A stretch of 64,000 nucleotides of DNA, taken from assembly GCA_965112155.1 (NCBI GenBank), contig OZ218102.1; one strand, 5' to 3'. Under the pieces are notes generated by a model. That model saw only the letters and a list, made by a program, of their open reading frames with translations. It made no database searches and was not told where the DNA came from. This DNA comes from Podarcis liolepis. Lineage: Eukaryota. Both the position numbers and the translations under genes were made by a program. Positions 13,501 to 25,592 of the stretch are shown piece by piece; position 1 is the first letter of the stretch, and every line of letters begins with the position of its first letter.

Positions 13501-14388
13501 TGTTTCCTTGAACTATTATCAAGTCTCTTGTTTGTCTGAATGAAGGACAGTGAGGGATCTGTATGTGCTGAAACTGGCCTACTGCACAAGGGAAAATTAA
13601 GTCAATACTTTGCCTACCACTGGCATCTGGCCCTCAGAAGCTTTCCTCGAAGGGAAAGTGGCTCTCTAGCTGAAAAACATTCCCCACTCATGATGTGGCA
13701 CCACATGTTCATCATATCTGCACAGCTGTGCCGATAACTATGTCAAAATATTCCATCCAGGATGAAGCCTTGGGCCCAGAAAAATAGCTAAGACCACCTC
13801 TAAAAACAAATACTGTAAATTTACCTGCTCTCGAGAAACCCTCACCAGAATCCCAGCCCAGAATCACTTGTGTTTTCTGGTCCCATTTCAACATTAGTCC
13901 CATTTAAATCCTCCATCCAACACTGCCTGGTCCAACTTCCTCCTTTTGTCCCTTGGCGCTCTCCCTATCAACACTTATCTGGCAGGCTCCTAGTCGCTTC
14001 CTGGAATGATTGAGTTGTCTGGTTTTGAAGCTAAGCACCATTTATCTCATGGGAAAGGATGGGAGCATTTTTACTAGGCCAGCCTTACCCTGAGGCAAGG
14101 TGAGTCAGATGCCGCCAGTGCTGAGTTTCAGGTGCAATGAAGACTAGAGGGCTTTATCTGGTGTTACAATAACAAAGGTTCTTGTTGAAAGAGGTGAAAG
14201 GGGGCAGCAAGGAAAATGGGTCTGGGGAGGTGCATTTCATATGACCTGAATTGCAAGGACAGGCTCAAAAATAACATACAGACCAGGACCAACCTCCTTG
14301 ACTTTCCCAGGGCCCTTCCAAACTATTGTTTTGTCAATGGGGTGTATTCCGCAACATGTAATTGAAGCAATAATAGTGCATTAGCGGT

Positions 14389-14497
14389 GGATCCCCAAGG
14401 ACATGCTCTACAGGGAGCTGGCTTCAGGCATCAGGTCCATTGGCAGACCAACTCCGCGCTACAAAGATGTCTGCAAACATGAAGGCTGGCAACATCC
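14389..14497 (+). mobile_element. RTE-clade LINE fragment (ORF C-terminus)
   Basis: Translates IPKDMLYRELASGIRSIGRPTPRYKDVCK, matching the RTE C-terminal motif PKxxLYGELxxGxRxxGRPxxRYKD. Confidence 0.75.
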
Positions 14498-16315
14498 AAC
14501 GGTTTGACTTCACCCCAAAGGCACACTCTTTCATCTTCTCCCAAGACAGATGGGTGCCAACAAGTGGTGGATTTATACTATACCATCCGCACATCATTCC
14601 GCTTTATTAGTTGTTCTGTGATTTGTCTGGAGGGGCAACTTTGGACTATAGTGCAATGAAAGTGGGACAAACAACAACAACCCAGAAAAAAACCATTTAT
14701 GGTATAAAAGGCTACCGGATGTCAGCAGCAAGTTATGGGACATACATTGACTGGAAATGAAGCACTCTGTTGACCCTTAAACGACTGCAGGTGCAAAGAG
14801 TGTTGAGAGCAAGATAATGTATAACCAGCCTGATAACATCACGAGCCCAAGTAATAAATACATTTTTGAAAAGATGTCTGGAGAGGCCCCTAGTTTGCCT
14901 TTCTGTCAAGTAATCCGCCATAAGTGACAAGAATCTAATGTTACATTCAACTGCTGTAAATCTGTACAAAGGCAAATTTCATAGACCAGGACTGTAATTA
15001 AGGCATAATTGGAAGGAGGTGATAGGACCATAATGGCAGGAGTGAATGCCCTTGCGGAAAGTACAGTGACTCTGTCACACCTGAGTCCAGTTGCAGACCA
15101 AAGCCTGATCTACATGTGCCATGGAATTGGGGCTAGGATCCTGAATGATAAAGGGCTACACTTCCCTAACGAACTAGGTTTTATTTATTTGCAGAGAGTT
15201 TTTAAAGGTTGTTGTTTTTACATGTGGAAGCGTTTACAATGGCATCACACCCCTGGCCTCTGCAGTGGTACAGTCCACTCAAGCACTTCTTATTCTACTG
15301 CATGTTCATACTGACCCCGACACTTCATCTCCTGGGGAACCCAAAGCTGTTCAACATCACATTTGTACAATTTCGGAATGCCAGAGGCTCTTATGCCTTG
15401 ACTACTGTTCATAATTACCTCTTGTGACTCAGGATTATTCCCCAGAGCTATTAGTTTAATATGACTTTATGATGCCAGGTTTTGCCATGACTTGTTTCTT
15501 AACGAGATATTTGAAGGTTAAAAATGGCAGCCAGGAAGCTTAATTATTGGTTTGTGGGCTAATGTATCATTATGGTCATCATCCACGCTAAAAGGAACTG
15601 GTATCACTAGAAGGAGAAAAGGAAGGTAGCACATGGTCCAATTGCCATTCTGAAATGGAGAATGGGTCACAAGGAGATCCTAGTGCAGGAGATCCTGGAT
15701 AAACTTTAAAAAAAAACACACACAAGCAAACAGGTATCATATTTTAGATAGACCAGAGAGGCAGAAAGAGCTCCAGGTGGGAGATCCTGGCTGTTTATAA
15801 TGGTATAATGTTGGTGCCCTTGAAGTATTGATTGAGATGGTGTATAGAAAGCACAGACCTCAAGTATTTCTTTTTTAAAAAAATCCATTATATTTTGCTA
15901 TTTCTGTACTGAAAATACAGAGAGTATTCTGTTCCAGGTACTTATTTCTAACTGCGACTTACCCTTAGGGCACTCTAACTGGAGATGAGGTTTATCCATT
16001 CTCCTCCTACCACAAAGAATTCTACAGGACTCTAAAGATTGCGCACTATTAGCCTAATAAAGAAATTTTGCAAATGTTCTTTATGGGCCAACATGGCAGT
16101 CTTTGCTTTTTGTCCAAATAATAAAAAGGAGAAAAAGCAGGAACTACTGTCAACTTTCTTTTAATTCTAAGAAACACTAGCAGTACACGTTTTCAGCATA
16201 CACCAAAATATCTTCTAAACGTACACATTCCAGAATATGGAAGGGCCTTGAACATGTTAATTTTTTACAAAGCCAGTTTACCTCTGTTGTCTAATCCTAT
16301 TATGTAGTTGCACGT

Positions 16316-17071
16316 CGAGGTCCCCCAGGCCACCCCAAAGAACTCACACTTCACTCATCATTTTTTGTTTAAGGTTTTTGGCATGAATTTGGCCACAACT
16401 TTATTTAAATACACACACGTGAGTGGTTACTTACGCATTGGTTCCGACTATCTGTCCTTGCCCCTGGGACAGAACTGACTTCCGGATTCCAGCGGAAGCC
16501 AGTGAGGGAAACAATTTTGGGGAGAAAATGAAGCTGGGCCTCAGTCCCTCACTTCTCACCCTCATGCTCCTGGTGGCTTGCACGGCCCAAGTCCGATGCC
16601 AGGGACAAGGACGAAAAGAATGGCAAGCCCCTGGATTCCTTTAACGGAATTCCCTTTCCACACCACCATTGGAGGGGTAGGCACTTACCCCTCCACCAAC
16701 CAATTTGAACCAATGCCTAACCGCCAACCTTACAAGTTGTGACGATTTGCTACGCAGTAGGCAAAAACCAAATGGCATCAGCCAAATGGACAAAATTCCT
16801 ACCAGGCCCCTGCCCCAAAAGCAGACGACCCCATGACAGGCATACCAAGGTCAGAGGACAACCCACCCCCCCTTTTCAGGGAGGGTGGGCGGGTGATCGG
16901 GTGCACGTAGCCCAAGAGAAGGCGCCAGGCTGCGAGCCCTGTATTTAAGACCTCTGACCCCTCCCACCATTTAGCAACATAACATTATCCCCAGCAACAC
17001 TCTTTGCCCAATCACAGCACGTGGCCAGTTTGCCCAACAGCAGTGGGGTGGCCTTTAGGTCCCCACCGCAA
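16316..17071 (-). mobile_element. LTR-like solo repeat (LTR or DIRS/Ngaro-type terminal repeat; unclassified)
   Basis: GC/CpG-rich block in AT-rich flanks. On the minus strand a TATA-like CTTAAATA (16942-16949) lies upstream of AATAAA (16400-16405). Flanked by CACGT direct repeats. Confidence 0.55.
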
Positions 17072-18380
17072 CACGTGCTCTCTGTTATGGAGAACACGCT
17101 TTGTCTCAAACTATACTGAGTGAAAATGTTAAATATGTCTTTCTAACAGATGGCCTTTTCCCCCCATTAGTAAACAAATGGTAACCTCACAGTTCTGAGA
17201 AACCATATCATTCCTTTAGGCTCCCTAGCAAAGAAGTTTCATTAAGCTTTTCCACTTTAGGCAAAGGAAAGACCTTTTGGTGCAAAAGTTATGCTGCTGA
17301 TTATTATGTAACTAGTACCTTGAAATTTACATTTCAGTTAAAAATACAGCAGGAATCAATTCCTCAGGAGCCTCTGGCTTTAAATTGCCTATCATCCCAC
17401 CAAGATAACCAGCTGCCAATCCTTTGTGGAATATCTGAATGTTTCACAGAATGCAATTGTCTTCAAAGGACTTAATCCACATCTGAAACAAGGATTTCCT
17501 TTTATTTACCAGGATGTTAAAATTAAAACTACACCGCTTAGGAAATTTACTTTAGAGTCATCCTAGTAAACTCAGTAGGACCAATTAAAACAGTAAATGT
17601 GTGAGACTGTCCTGCTGAGTTAATTATGGCTAGGGTTACTGCTTACCATGTATTTTCCATATTCTCCCTGAGTCCCAATTCCTAAATGTATTTACATAGA
17701 AACCAAGGCTTAGGGTTTCTAGTGTTCAGAATGATGTCCCAAACCCAAGTCCTTATGCACCCTTTAGAAATACTGAATAGACAAAATGAGAGAGTATGCT
17801 CAATACACAGGTGAATCACAAAGTTTTCTTACGTTTATCCCCTCAGGCAAACAATGAGCTGTGACCAAGTATTGTTCTTGGTTTACCGTTTGTGGTTTAC
17901 CTGGGGGAGACAAACCACAAGCCTCAGTTGGGATGCAACAGTAGGCCAAACCATGGCTTAGGTCCAGGCAGCTTGGCAGTAGCAGGTCCATGGTGACTAC
18001 AATAATCTCTCAAGGAACCTGAACATTTGCTCAATTGTGCATTGCATGCAAACTGGTCCTAGCAATGGCCCTAGCACCTGCGGGAGGCAGGCTTGTTCAG
18101 GGAGTGTAGGTCATGCCCCTCTAGTACACAAGGCTTAGGACTCAAGGAGGATGAGCCAAGGGACTGCTGCTGTCCTACAGTGTTAGTTGCCTGAGGCAGT
18201 CCCCTCATTCTGTCCAACCCTGCTGGACAAATTCTGAAGTATTTCTGTTATTTCTTGCCTGCTTTTTGAAGAAAGCACAGATAGGCAAGGTTGCTAAACA
18301 GACCTAAAAGAGGAAGGGCAGGGCATGTAAACCATTGAACCTGCAACCGAGCTATATTTTCCTATTATTATTATTAGTTA

Positions 18381-18622
18381 CAGTGGTACCTCGGGTCACA
18401 GATGCTTCAGGTTACATACACTTCAGGTTACAGACTCCGCTAACCCAGAAATATTACCTCAGGTTAAGAACTTTACTTCAGGATGAGAACAGAAATTGGG
18501 CTCCGGCGGTGCGGCAGCAGCAGGAAGCCCCATTAGCTAAAGTGGTGCTTCAGGTTAAGAACAGTTTCAGGTTAAGTATGGACCTCCAGTACGAATTAAG
18601 TACTTAAACTGAGGTACCACTG
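18381..18622 (-). mobile_element. Tc1/mariner MITE family A copy 2 (inverted)
   Basis: TA|CAGTGGTACCTC...GAGGTACCACTG|TA; reverse complement of the other copies. Confidence 0.92.
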
Positions 18623-19409
18623 TATTTCTATCCCACTGAAATCTAGGGCAGCCTAGTGAGAAGGGCCAGCAGCCAGGGATGATGGGAGTTGTAGTCCATC
18701 TGGGGACCCAAGGTTGAGAAGGGCTGCTCTAGGGGAAACCTAGGGCAAGGGTGAAGCAAAAAGAATCACCAGAGTCCAAGGACATATTCCAGGCAGGCAA
18801 AAACACTCAGAATCAGAAGCGGGTTGGGCTTGGGAAGAGTCTCTGGATCTAGATTCTAGAAGCTTTGAGGGCTGCATGATGCCAGGGCTTGAGAATTCCC
18901 TCTCCTGTTCTAAGGCTAGAAACAGCCACTGATTTATTCCCATGCATCTCTCTGAAAGTGCTGAGCATCCCTCTCCTTCTGCAACTGTAGAGAAAGCTTT
19001 TTTAAAAAAAGATGCGTAAAATCGCTCCTGCTGTACAAATTATATTCAGCAAACATTCTGACTTCAAAGTGTTCAGCTCGTGTAATCTTGCAGATAACTC
19101 ATGGTTCGGGGGAAGTGAGTGTTTTCCCTGGCTGAGGCGGAAGTCGCTGCAATTTCTAACCTGTCCGGAAGGGCAGGGAAGCACTTCCAACAGTGCTGTG
19201 GGATTGCAGCCTTCGTCCTCTCCGACTCAGCTGGCCAACTTTCTAACCTTCGCAGCAGCTCTGCCCAGCGCCGCGCTCCAACTTGCATCCCCGTTGGCAA
19301 ACTCTCTCTCGCTTTGCAAAGACCGTTTCCAGCCAGGTAGGCAGCGCCCGCGCCTATTAAACGCCCGCGCCCTCTTCTTCCTGCAGTTTGCTATTACTCC
19401 TTATCTAGC

Positions 19410-19545
19410 ACAGAGGAATCGTAGTTGGAAGGGTCATCTAGTTCAACCCCCTGCAATGCAGGAACCACAGCTAATCATTCGCGACAGGTGGCCGTCCAAC
19501 CTGCGCTTAAAAACCTCCAAGGAAGGAAAGCCCACCACCTTCCGA
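19410..19545 (-). mobile_element. CR1-like LINE 3' end fragment within the CpG island edge
   Basis: gttggaagggtcatctagttcaacccc...cttaaaaacctccaaggaagg is the typical reverse CR1 3' end; homologous to 45570-45690. Confidence 0.7.
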
Positions 19546-19815
19546 ATTTGATCATTCTCTTTGAAGCCGATCTCTCCGTTTCCAAGGCGTTGGCACTGCG
19601 AGGCGAAAACAGCTGCTTTTTGTTCCCTTATTAACGTTAAACTAATACATAAGTGCTTCTGCCACGTTTGGATAAGTACTTGACCAAGAAGGGAGGATGG
19701 GCGTCGTGTGATGATGATGATGCAACTTTCGAGGGGCAACCACCGCAGAGGCCCCGCCGCTCCCCAAAGACCCCCTCGGGCAAGCCAGCTCCTTTAGCCC
19801 CAGTAGATCCCGCTG

Positions 19816-19838
19816 CCGTGACGTCACGGAAGGGGCGG
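19816..19838. promoter_or_regulatory. CRE (TGACGTCA) in a 14-bp palindrome, overlapping ETS CGGAAG and GC box
   Basis: ccgTGACGTCAcggaaggggcgg read directly. Confidence 0.7.
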
Positions 19839-20080
19839 CGCTCGGTGCGAAGGGAGCCAGCCGGAGCGAGGAGAACTGGAGAGGCAGAGGCAGAGCTGCT
19901 TGGGACGCCAATGCAGCCTGGCGCGGGAGAGGAAGGAGCGAGCCGGCGCATCCCGCGGGGAGAGGGCTTTAACTCAGGGGCGAGCGTGGGAAGCCCGAGT
20001 CCGCCGCCGTCCTATGCAAGGGCTCCCTGCCCTACGCGGCCAGAATTGAAAACTAAATAAAAAGAAAAGAAGGATCCAGG

Positions 20081-20096
20081 ATGGATAAATATAAAG
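20081..20096 (+). CDS. AFAP1L2: Actin filament-associated protein 1-like 2 (XB130), first coding exon MDKYK + 1 nt
   Basis: Strong Kozak aggATGG, ATGGATAAATATAAAG|gtaagg donor, in-frame upstream stop at 20054-20056. Matches the recalled vertebrate AFAP1L2 start (MERYK|A) and the conserved tandem order ABLIM1 then AFAP1L2. Confidence 0.85.
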
Positions 20097-20793
20097 GTAA
20101 GGGGGAATGGTTCGCTTGCTTCCCCCACCCTCAGCGTGGGAAAGGGGCAGTATCGGTACTTCGGAAAGGATTGCTAGCTAGTTTGTCCTTAATGGATCGT
20201 CCTGCCTAAGCAGCCGAATGTGACTTGTGGTTGCTCGTAGGAGGCTTAAAGTCCCTTAAAACGTGGGTTTCTCTACAGCGTTTAATGAATGGGCGGGTGG
20301 GTTGAGACGGATCTTTTCCCCACAGGCGTTGCCTCGGGACCGAGACTGGCCAGGACGCTGCGGGTGGGTTTGTGAGGCTGGGGGAAAGAGGCGAGCGAAG
20401 AGTCCCTCATCGCAGCCGAGTCCGTCTCCCTCCAGGACCCACCCCTAGAGAGGGGGGATTCGCTGAGGTCCACGGAGCCCCATACCGCCGACGGAGAAGG
20501 AGTCGAGGGTGCCGCTTGGGGGAGGATTTTGGTTCTGATTCTCGTGGTGATGGGACAAAGAAACAACAAATCGGGTGTGTGTGTGTGAAATTGTGACACA
20601 ACCGGCTTCTTTTTGAAAGGATTAAGAGAAATACTGTGTGTGTGAGAGAGAGTATTTGAACCTCCTTGACATACATCTGGTGCTCCAAAAACCCTGTAGG
20701 TGAGGTCCAGTGAAACTGCAGGAGATGAAAAGGTGAACCCGAGACTTGGAGCCGGTTTGGCGCGAAGCGGGGGAGGATTTCAGTACCCGCACC

Positions 20794-20847
<54 letters not shown>

Positions 20848-20852
20848 CGCGC
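20794..20852. repeat. Compound microsatellite (TG)n(GA)n(GC)n
   Basis: Direct read. Confidence 0.95.
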
Positions 20853-21439
20853 AAAGGACTGACCCCCCCCTTTCCACCCCTTCTTTCGCTTCCGGTCTTG
20901 CGGTTGCTCCAAAACAGAATTTTAAGGGGGGTGTATTTAGTTCCCCCGTCTAATAAATATTCGCAGACTTTATAAGTTTAGTCTGCAAGATTGTGCAGGG
21001 GAAGATAAGGAAGAGGAAGGCGTGGCTGCCGAATGGTATCTGGAGGTGGGTGGAGAGCTGAGTGTCCCTTGTGTTTTTAATGAATTGTTTTAAAGCCCTT
21101 TTAAGTATTAAGGGACGCAATGCTTAGTGCTACGATTCTAGCAAGAGGTGTCGTCTTATGGCAGAATGACTCCTTAGCCTGAGTGTATGGCAGCAATGGG
21201 GACGGATAGGGTTACTCAGTGGCGAGGGAAAGGTACGCTGCACATTCTCAGAAACAATTTTTTTCTTTGAATAGCTCAAGAGTGAGCCCCAGTGTTGTAA
21301 ACCAGCTGAGTGTCTAGACACATGCTAAGCCCTGCAAGTGAAGTATTCCATATTAATAAGCAAGCCTGTCTTTGCCGTTCTCTAAATACGTTAAGGTTGC
21401 AGCCTTGCACACCTTTTATGCAATGTGAATGAGCACCCG

Positions 21440-21635
21440 CAGGCAACAGTGATGGCCACCAATTTAGGATGACTTTAAAAGAGGCTTAGACAAATCCATG
21501 ATGGGTGGAGGATAAGGCTGTGTCCAATATTCGAGTCCGAATACCAGCAGCTGGAAACCACAGGAGGGGAGAGCGTGGGTAGACTAGAGGGGCTACTTTC
21601 CTATCCAGCAGGGCTGATCTTAGGTTATGTTCTTA
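21440..21635 (+). mobile_element. Degenerate CR1 3' end
   Basis: gtgatggccacc...tttaaaagaggcttagacaaatccatg...ttatgttctta tail. Confidence 0.6.
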
Positions 21636-23613
21636 TTCACTTATGCTTAAAGTCACAGAGGTGGAAGGGAACACAAAGCTCACCTAGTCCATGCCCTTGC
21701 AGGTACAGGAAAACTACCTCCTCATCATCCCAAATGAGCATCTATTCAACTTCTGCTTAAAAACCAAAGATTAGGCGAGCCCACTAGGTAGTCTGGTCCA
21801 CCACAGAACCGCCCATGCTGTCAGAAAGTTATTCCTAAAATCCCCTTTCTTACCTGGTGGGAGTAAGTTGCATTGCACACATTGAGGTTTACTTCTGAGT
21901 AAGCTTGCACAGGATTGTACTGTAATTTTATCTTTTTTCTTGTTCATATACAATACAGGCCAATGTGGTGGGTCCGAATGTTCCAATATTTGCTCAGTTA
22001 TGCAGTTTATCGAATGGCTGTCTTACTTTTCAGGGGTTTTGAGAAGATGCAGCAAGTAAAGGCAACATTCAGTGATGTGGGATTTCCAGAAAATGTTGAA
22101 CTGGGATTTTTTCTGGGAAATTTCACTTCTACACATGACAGCAATTTGCACTGGGAAAATTTCCCTTTTACGCTGAGAAAATTTTCCGATGCCCTACAGG
22201 GTGTTCTGATATAGAATGCTTGTTTATTTTCATTTGCATTCAGTAAACAAAACTAAAACTGCCAAGGTTACCTAACATTGTATTTGCAACCTGCATTCAT
22301 TTATTGTCAATAATGACCTTATGACATGGAAAAAAAATTCACTGGAAAAGCACTGGAAACTTTTCCTCCACCACTCATCCCTGGATGCATTGCAACCAGC
22401 ATGCTGCCCTAGGGCCAGGGCAGGAAAGGAATCTAAATATAATAAATAAATGTCTACTCACTTTACCAGTTTAGGAGGTGGTTGGACCAGCTGACATTAT
22501 AGGCTGGTGAGGCCAGTTTGCATCAGTACCTGAGAATCTGGCTTTCTGCATTTATAATGCAAACCTTTAAAACAATTTTTTCACTCTCCGGAGCTCGACA
22601 GGACTGCTCTCATAGGTTTGCCTTATTCCAATGGTAACTGACCAGTCTACAAAGAGTCATTTATTTGTGTATATGTAATCTGAATAGATAATAGTTGACA
22701 ATTGTCCAGCACTTCCTGAATCTGCAGTTTTCAGGAAACCTGGGATGTATAGTGCAATCCTACTCATGTCTACTCAGAAGTAACCCCCGCAGAGATATGT
22801 GGGCCTAGGATTGCAGCCTAGGTCTTTTAATGTAACCTCCTGTTACACCTTTATGGCACTGTATATGTCAATTTTTGTGTCCAGATATCAGCTTCGCTGT
22901 TGGATAATAGTAACAGTGTTCATTCACTATGGGAATAGTCATTCGCAATGGGAATAGTTCATTATAGTTATTACTGTAGTTTGTCTGAATATATCTGAGC
23001 GAGACAGAGCCCTGAGATGAGAGTTCCCTGCCTTCTCCCTGCACCTTGGAGGTGGTGACTGGCTTTCAAAAGTGACCATCATTGCTCAGGGGAAGAACAC
23101 ATACCAATGCATTCAGAAGACTCTGGGTTCAGTCCTTGGTATTATCAATTGAAAGGGTCAAGCAGCAGGCGAGGGACTGCCTAGTAGGGCCAACAACACA
23201 GGAATTGGGGGCAGGTGTCCAGAGCCCCACTCAGCAAAGTGGGCAGGGCATGAGAGGCCCCAAATTTAGCAGGACACCTAAAGGGTTTGGGGTTTGGGTA
23301 TAAGACCATTGGGTGGGATTCAAGGTCTCACTGTGGTGATCATTCACTCAGTACAAGTGTTTCTGCTTGCGAGATGGAATGATCTCCTCCCTTCACCTGC
23401 CCCGTGTCCTCTTCTGGGGTTGGGGGGACTTGTGGGGGTCACACGTGACCTGTTGTGCTAATGGGACTTGGGCTGGCTTCCATTAGCCAGCAATGTGAAC
23501 TTGGACCATTCATATCTAGAGTTGAACTACACCACTCGCTCTACCTGAGACACTGAAGAGCTACTGCCTACCATTCAACATTAGTCCTAGGAAAGATGGC
23601 CATATCATTAGGC

Positions 23614-23749
23614 CAGGCTTCCTCAAACTCGGCCCTCCAGATGTTTTTGGCCTATAACTCCCATGATCCCTAGCTAGCAGGACCATTGGTCAGGAGTGAT
23701 GGGAACTGTAGTATCAAAACATCTGGAGGGCCGAGTTTGAGGAAGCCTG
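23614..23749. mobile_element. hAT (Charlie/MER5-like) palindromic MITE with intact 8-bp TSD
   Basis: 34-bp perfect TIR caggcttcctcaaactcggccctccagatgtttt; TSD cattaggc at 23606-23613 and 23750-23757. Confidence 0.95.
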
Positions 23750-25500
23750 CATTAGGCAGTGATGTGGAGTGGAAGTAATTCTGGAATTATTTTCCTTAGT
23801 GCTTCATTTTACTGTGGAAAATTTCCCATTTCATTAGTAACCACAAATGGGTACCTACTGCAAATGCGCTATGAGGCAAGCTTGGGAGTTCCGAAGTTTC
23901 AATTAATGTTTTTCCAGGCGATTATTGCTAGTATGGGAAGAGGATACATATATTTCAGGTCAGACATTTGTGGTAAGAAATTGGGTACTTTTTAAAAGTT
24001 TGGTTTACTAAATGCAAGTAAAATAAACATGTGAATTAGACCCCATTTTCAAATCACCCTATGCAAATCAACTTCATTTGCATAGGAAAAAGTTCTTGAA
24101 ATTTTTCCTAGTCAACATTTTCCAGAAAATCATGACCAGTGAGGCAATTGTATCAGGCGAACATGAAAAGGCAGAAACCCCTTATTTAATTTATTATTGT
24201 GTTTTTGCTCTGTTGGGAATGGGACCAGGTGCCCAAATAACGTGACCAACCTTGGTCAATATGCAACTTGAACTGGGGAGAAGGGAGTGGGTACCTGATC
24301 TTGGGGGCAGCCATTTGCTGTTCCAACTGTAGGCAGTGTCTTGGGTTGACCCTGAAGATTGACAAGCAGCCCGGCCTAGTACAGTGCAGCTTTGTATCCC
24401 ACCGGTCAGTCCCTTGGGATGAAACTAGCTAGCGCAAAGAAAAGAAATAATGGAAAGCTCTAAAAACTGTGGATAGTTTCTGAAGTGAGAGCTGCTTCAG
24501 TGCAGCTCTCATGGGTAAGAAACAACCACCGCTGCTTCTGCCTCAAGCACATTCCCCAAGCCATAGTGTTGAAGTGTCGAAGAATTGCATCTTACTGTTT
24601 TCCTTGTGTTGGCAAGGGGAAGTGCCGTGCGTCTTACAGGTGGCTCTGTGTGTAACAAGGATGCACACCAGAGATAGTCAACATGGTGCTCTTCAGACAT
24701 TGCTGGACTACAACTGCCATTATCTCTCACCATGCTACCTAGGGCTGATGGGAGCTCAGTAGCATCTGAAGGGTGCCATATTGGTTATCCCCAATGTATA
24801 CAGAGAGCTGGAAATATCCCAGATGTGTGTTTAGTGCAAAAGCAACCATTGAAGAAAGTCGGGTAAAGTTGAGGAGTGGTTTGCCGAAATAACTAAACCT
24901 GAAGAGCAGCAAATGTCCACACGAAAAGTGAGGTGAAAATGAAAGCCCCAAATGCCTTTTGATAAAGGATTTGTGTGCGTAAGGCCTTAAGTGTGAGGCT
25001 GCCCGATTACATTGGGGATGTGTTTCCTTTTGCCTTTGGTGCAGATGCACGGGCTGTGCTGTGGAAACAGAGTACCATTCTTCTGTTATGCGAGGGTTGT
25101 GTCTGCAGAAAGTGCAGGAGCTGTCGCAGTAGCAGCGGCTCGCAAGGGAGCCCACCAGGAGGAGCGAGCGCTGGCAGAAGAGTCAGGAGGGGAATGTGGG
25201 GGAGGTGGCTGGCAACTTCATAGGCAGGGGGAAAGGGGTTTAGGGGAGACAGCTTCCTCTTTGATGTTTGATTGTGCTCTCTGGGGTTGGCTAAGTACAC
25301 ACAGAAAGGCACCATTGATAGCTTAGCTAAGGACTTCTTCCCCATGGAGTCTTGCCAGGGCCAGGGAATCTCTTTACATGAAGTATTAAGAAATAATCCC
25401 ATATGATAAAGAGAGGACACCATATGCTTCAAGGTTTTTATTAAAAATATAAAGCGGTATAGAAATTACAATAAATAAATAAGTCCATAAACACATTTTT

Positions 25501-25592
25501 GGCTGCAGTCCTATACCCCCTTACTTATCTGGGGTCAGATCTATTGGACAGAATAGAGACTTACTTCTGAGTAGACGTGACTAGGATTGCTC
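25501..25592. mobile_element. Short palindromic MITE (ggctgcaatcct...aggattgcagcc family)
   Basis: Imperfect TIRs; relatives at ~22751-22820, ~30809-30900, ~31730-31960 and ~2596-2650. Confidence 0.6.

Larger units (their letters stand above)
19250..20910. promoter_or_regulatory. AFAP1L2: CpG island / promoter of AFAP1L2
   Basis: Sharp rise in GC and CpG density around the first coding exon; the rest of the window is CpG-depleted. Edges approximate. Confidence 0.85.

Noticed and set aside
18335-18607. Recurring peptide VVPRVTDASGYIHFRLQTPLTQK in several ORFs, suggesting a gene family
   Set aside because: All instances are translations of the same non-coding MITE family A.
19012-20060. Long ORFs (179 aa and 135 aa) and antisense ORFs across the CpG island
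   Set aside because: Stop-poor GC-rich DNA, partly CR1-derived, with low-complexity Pro/Arg/Ala peptides and no recognisable domain.
20407-20912. Minus-strand ORFs with SLSLSL/THTH runs
   Set aside because: Translation of the compound microsatellite.
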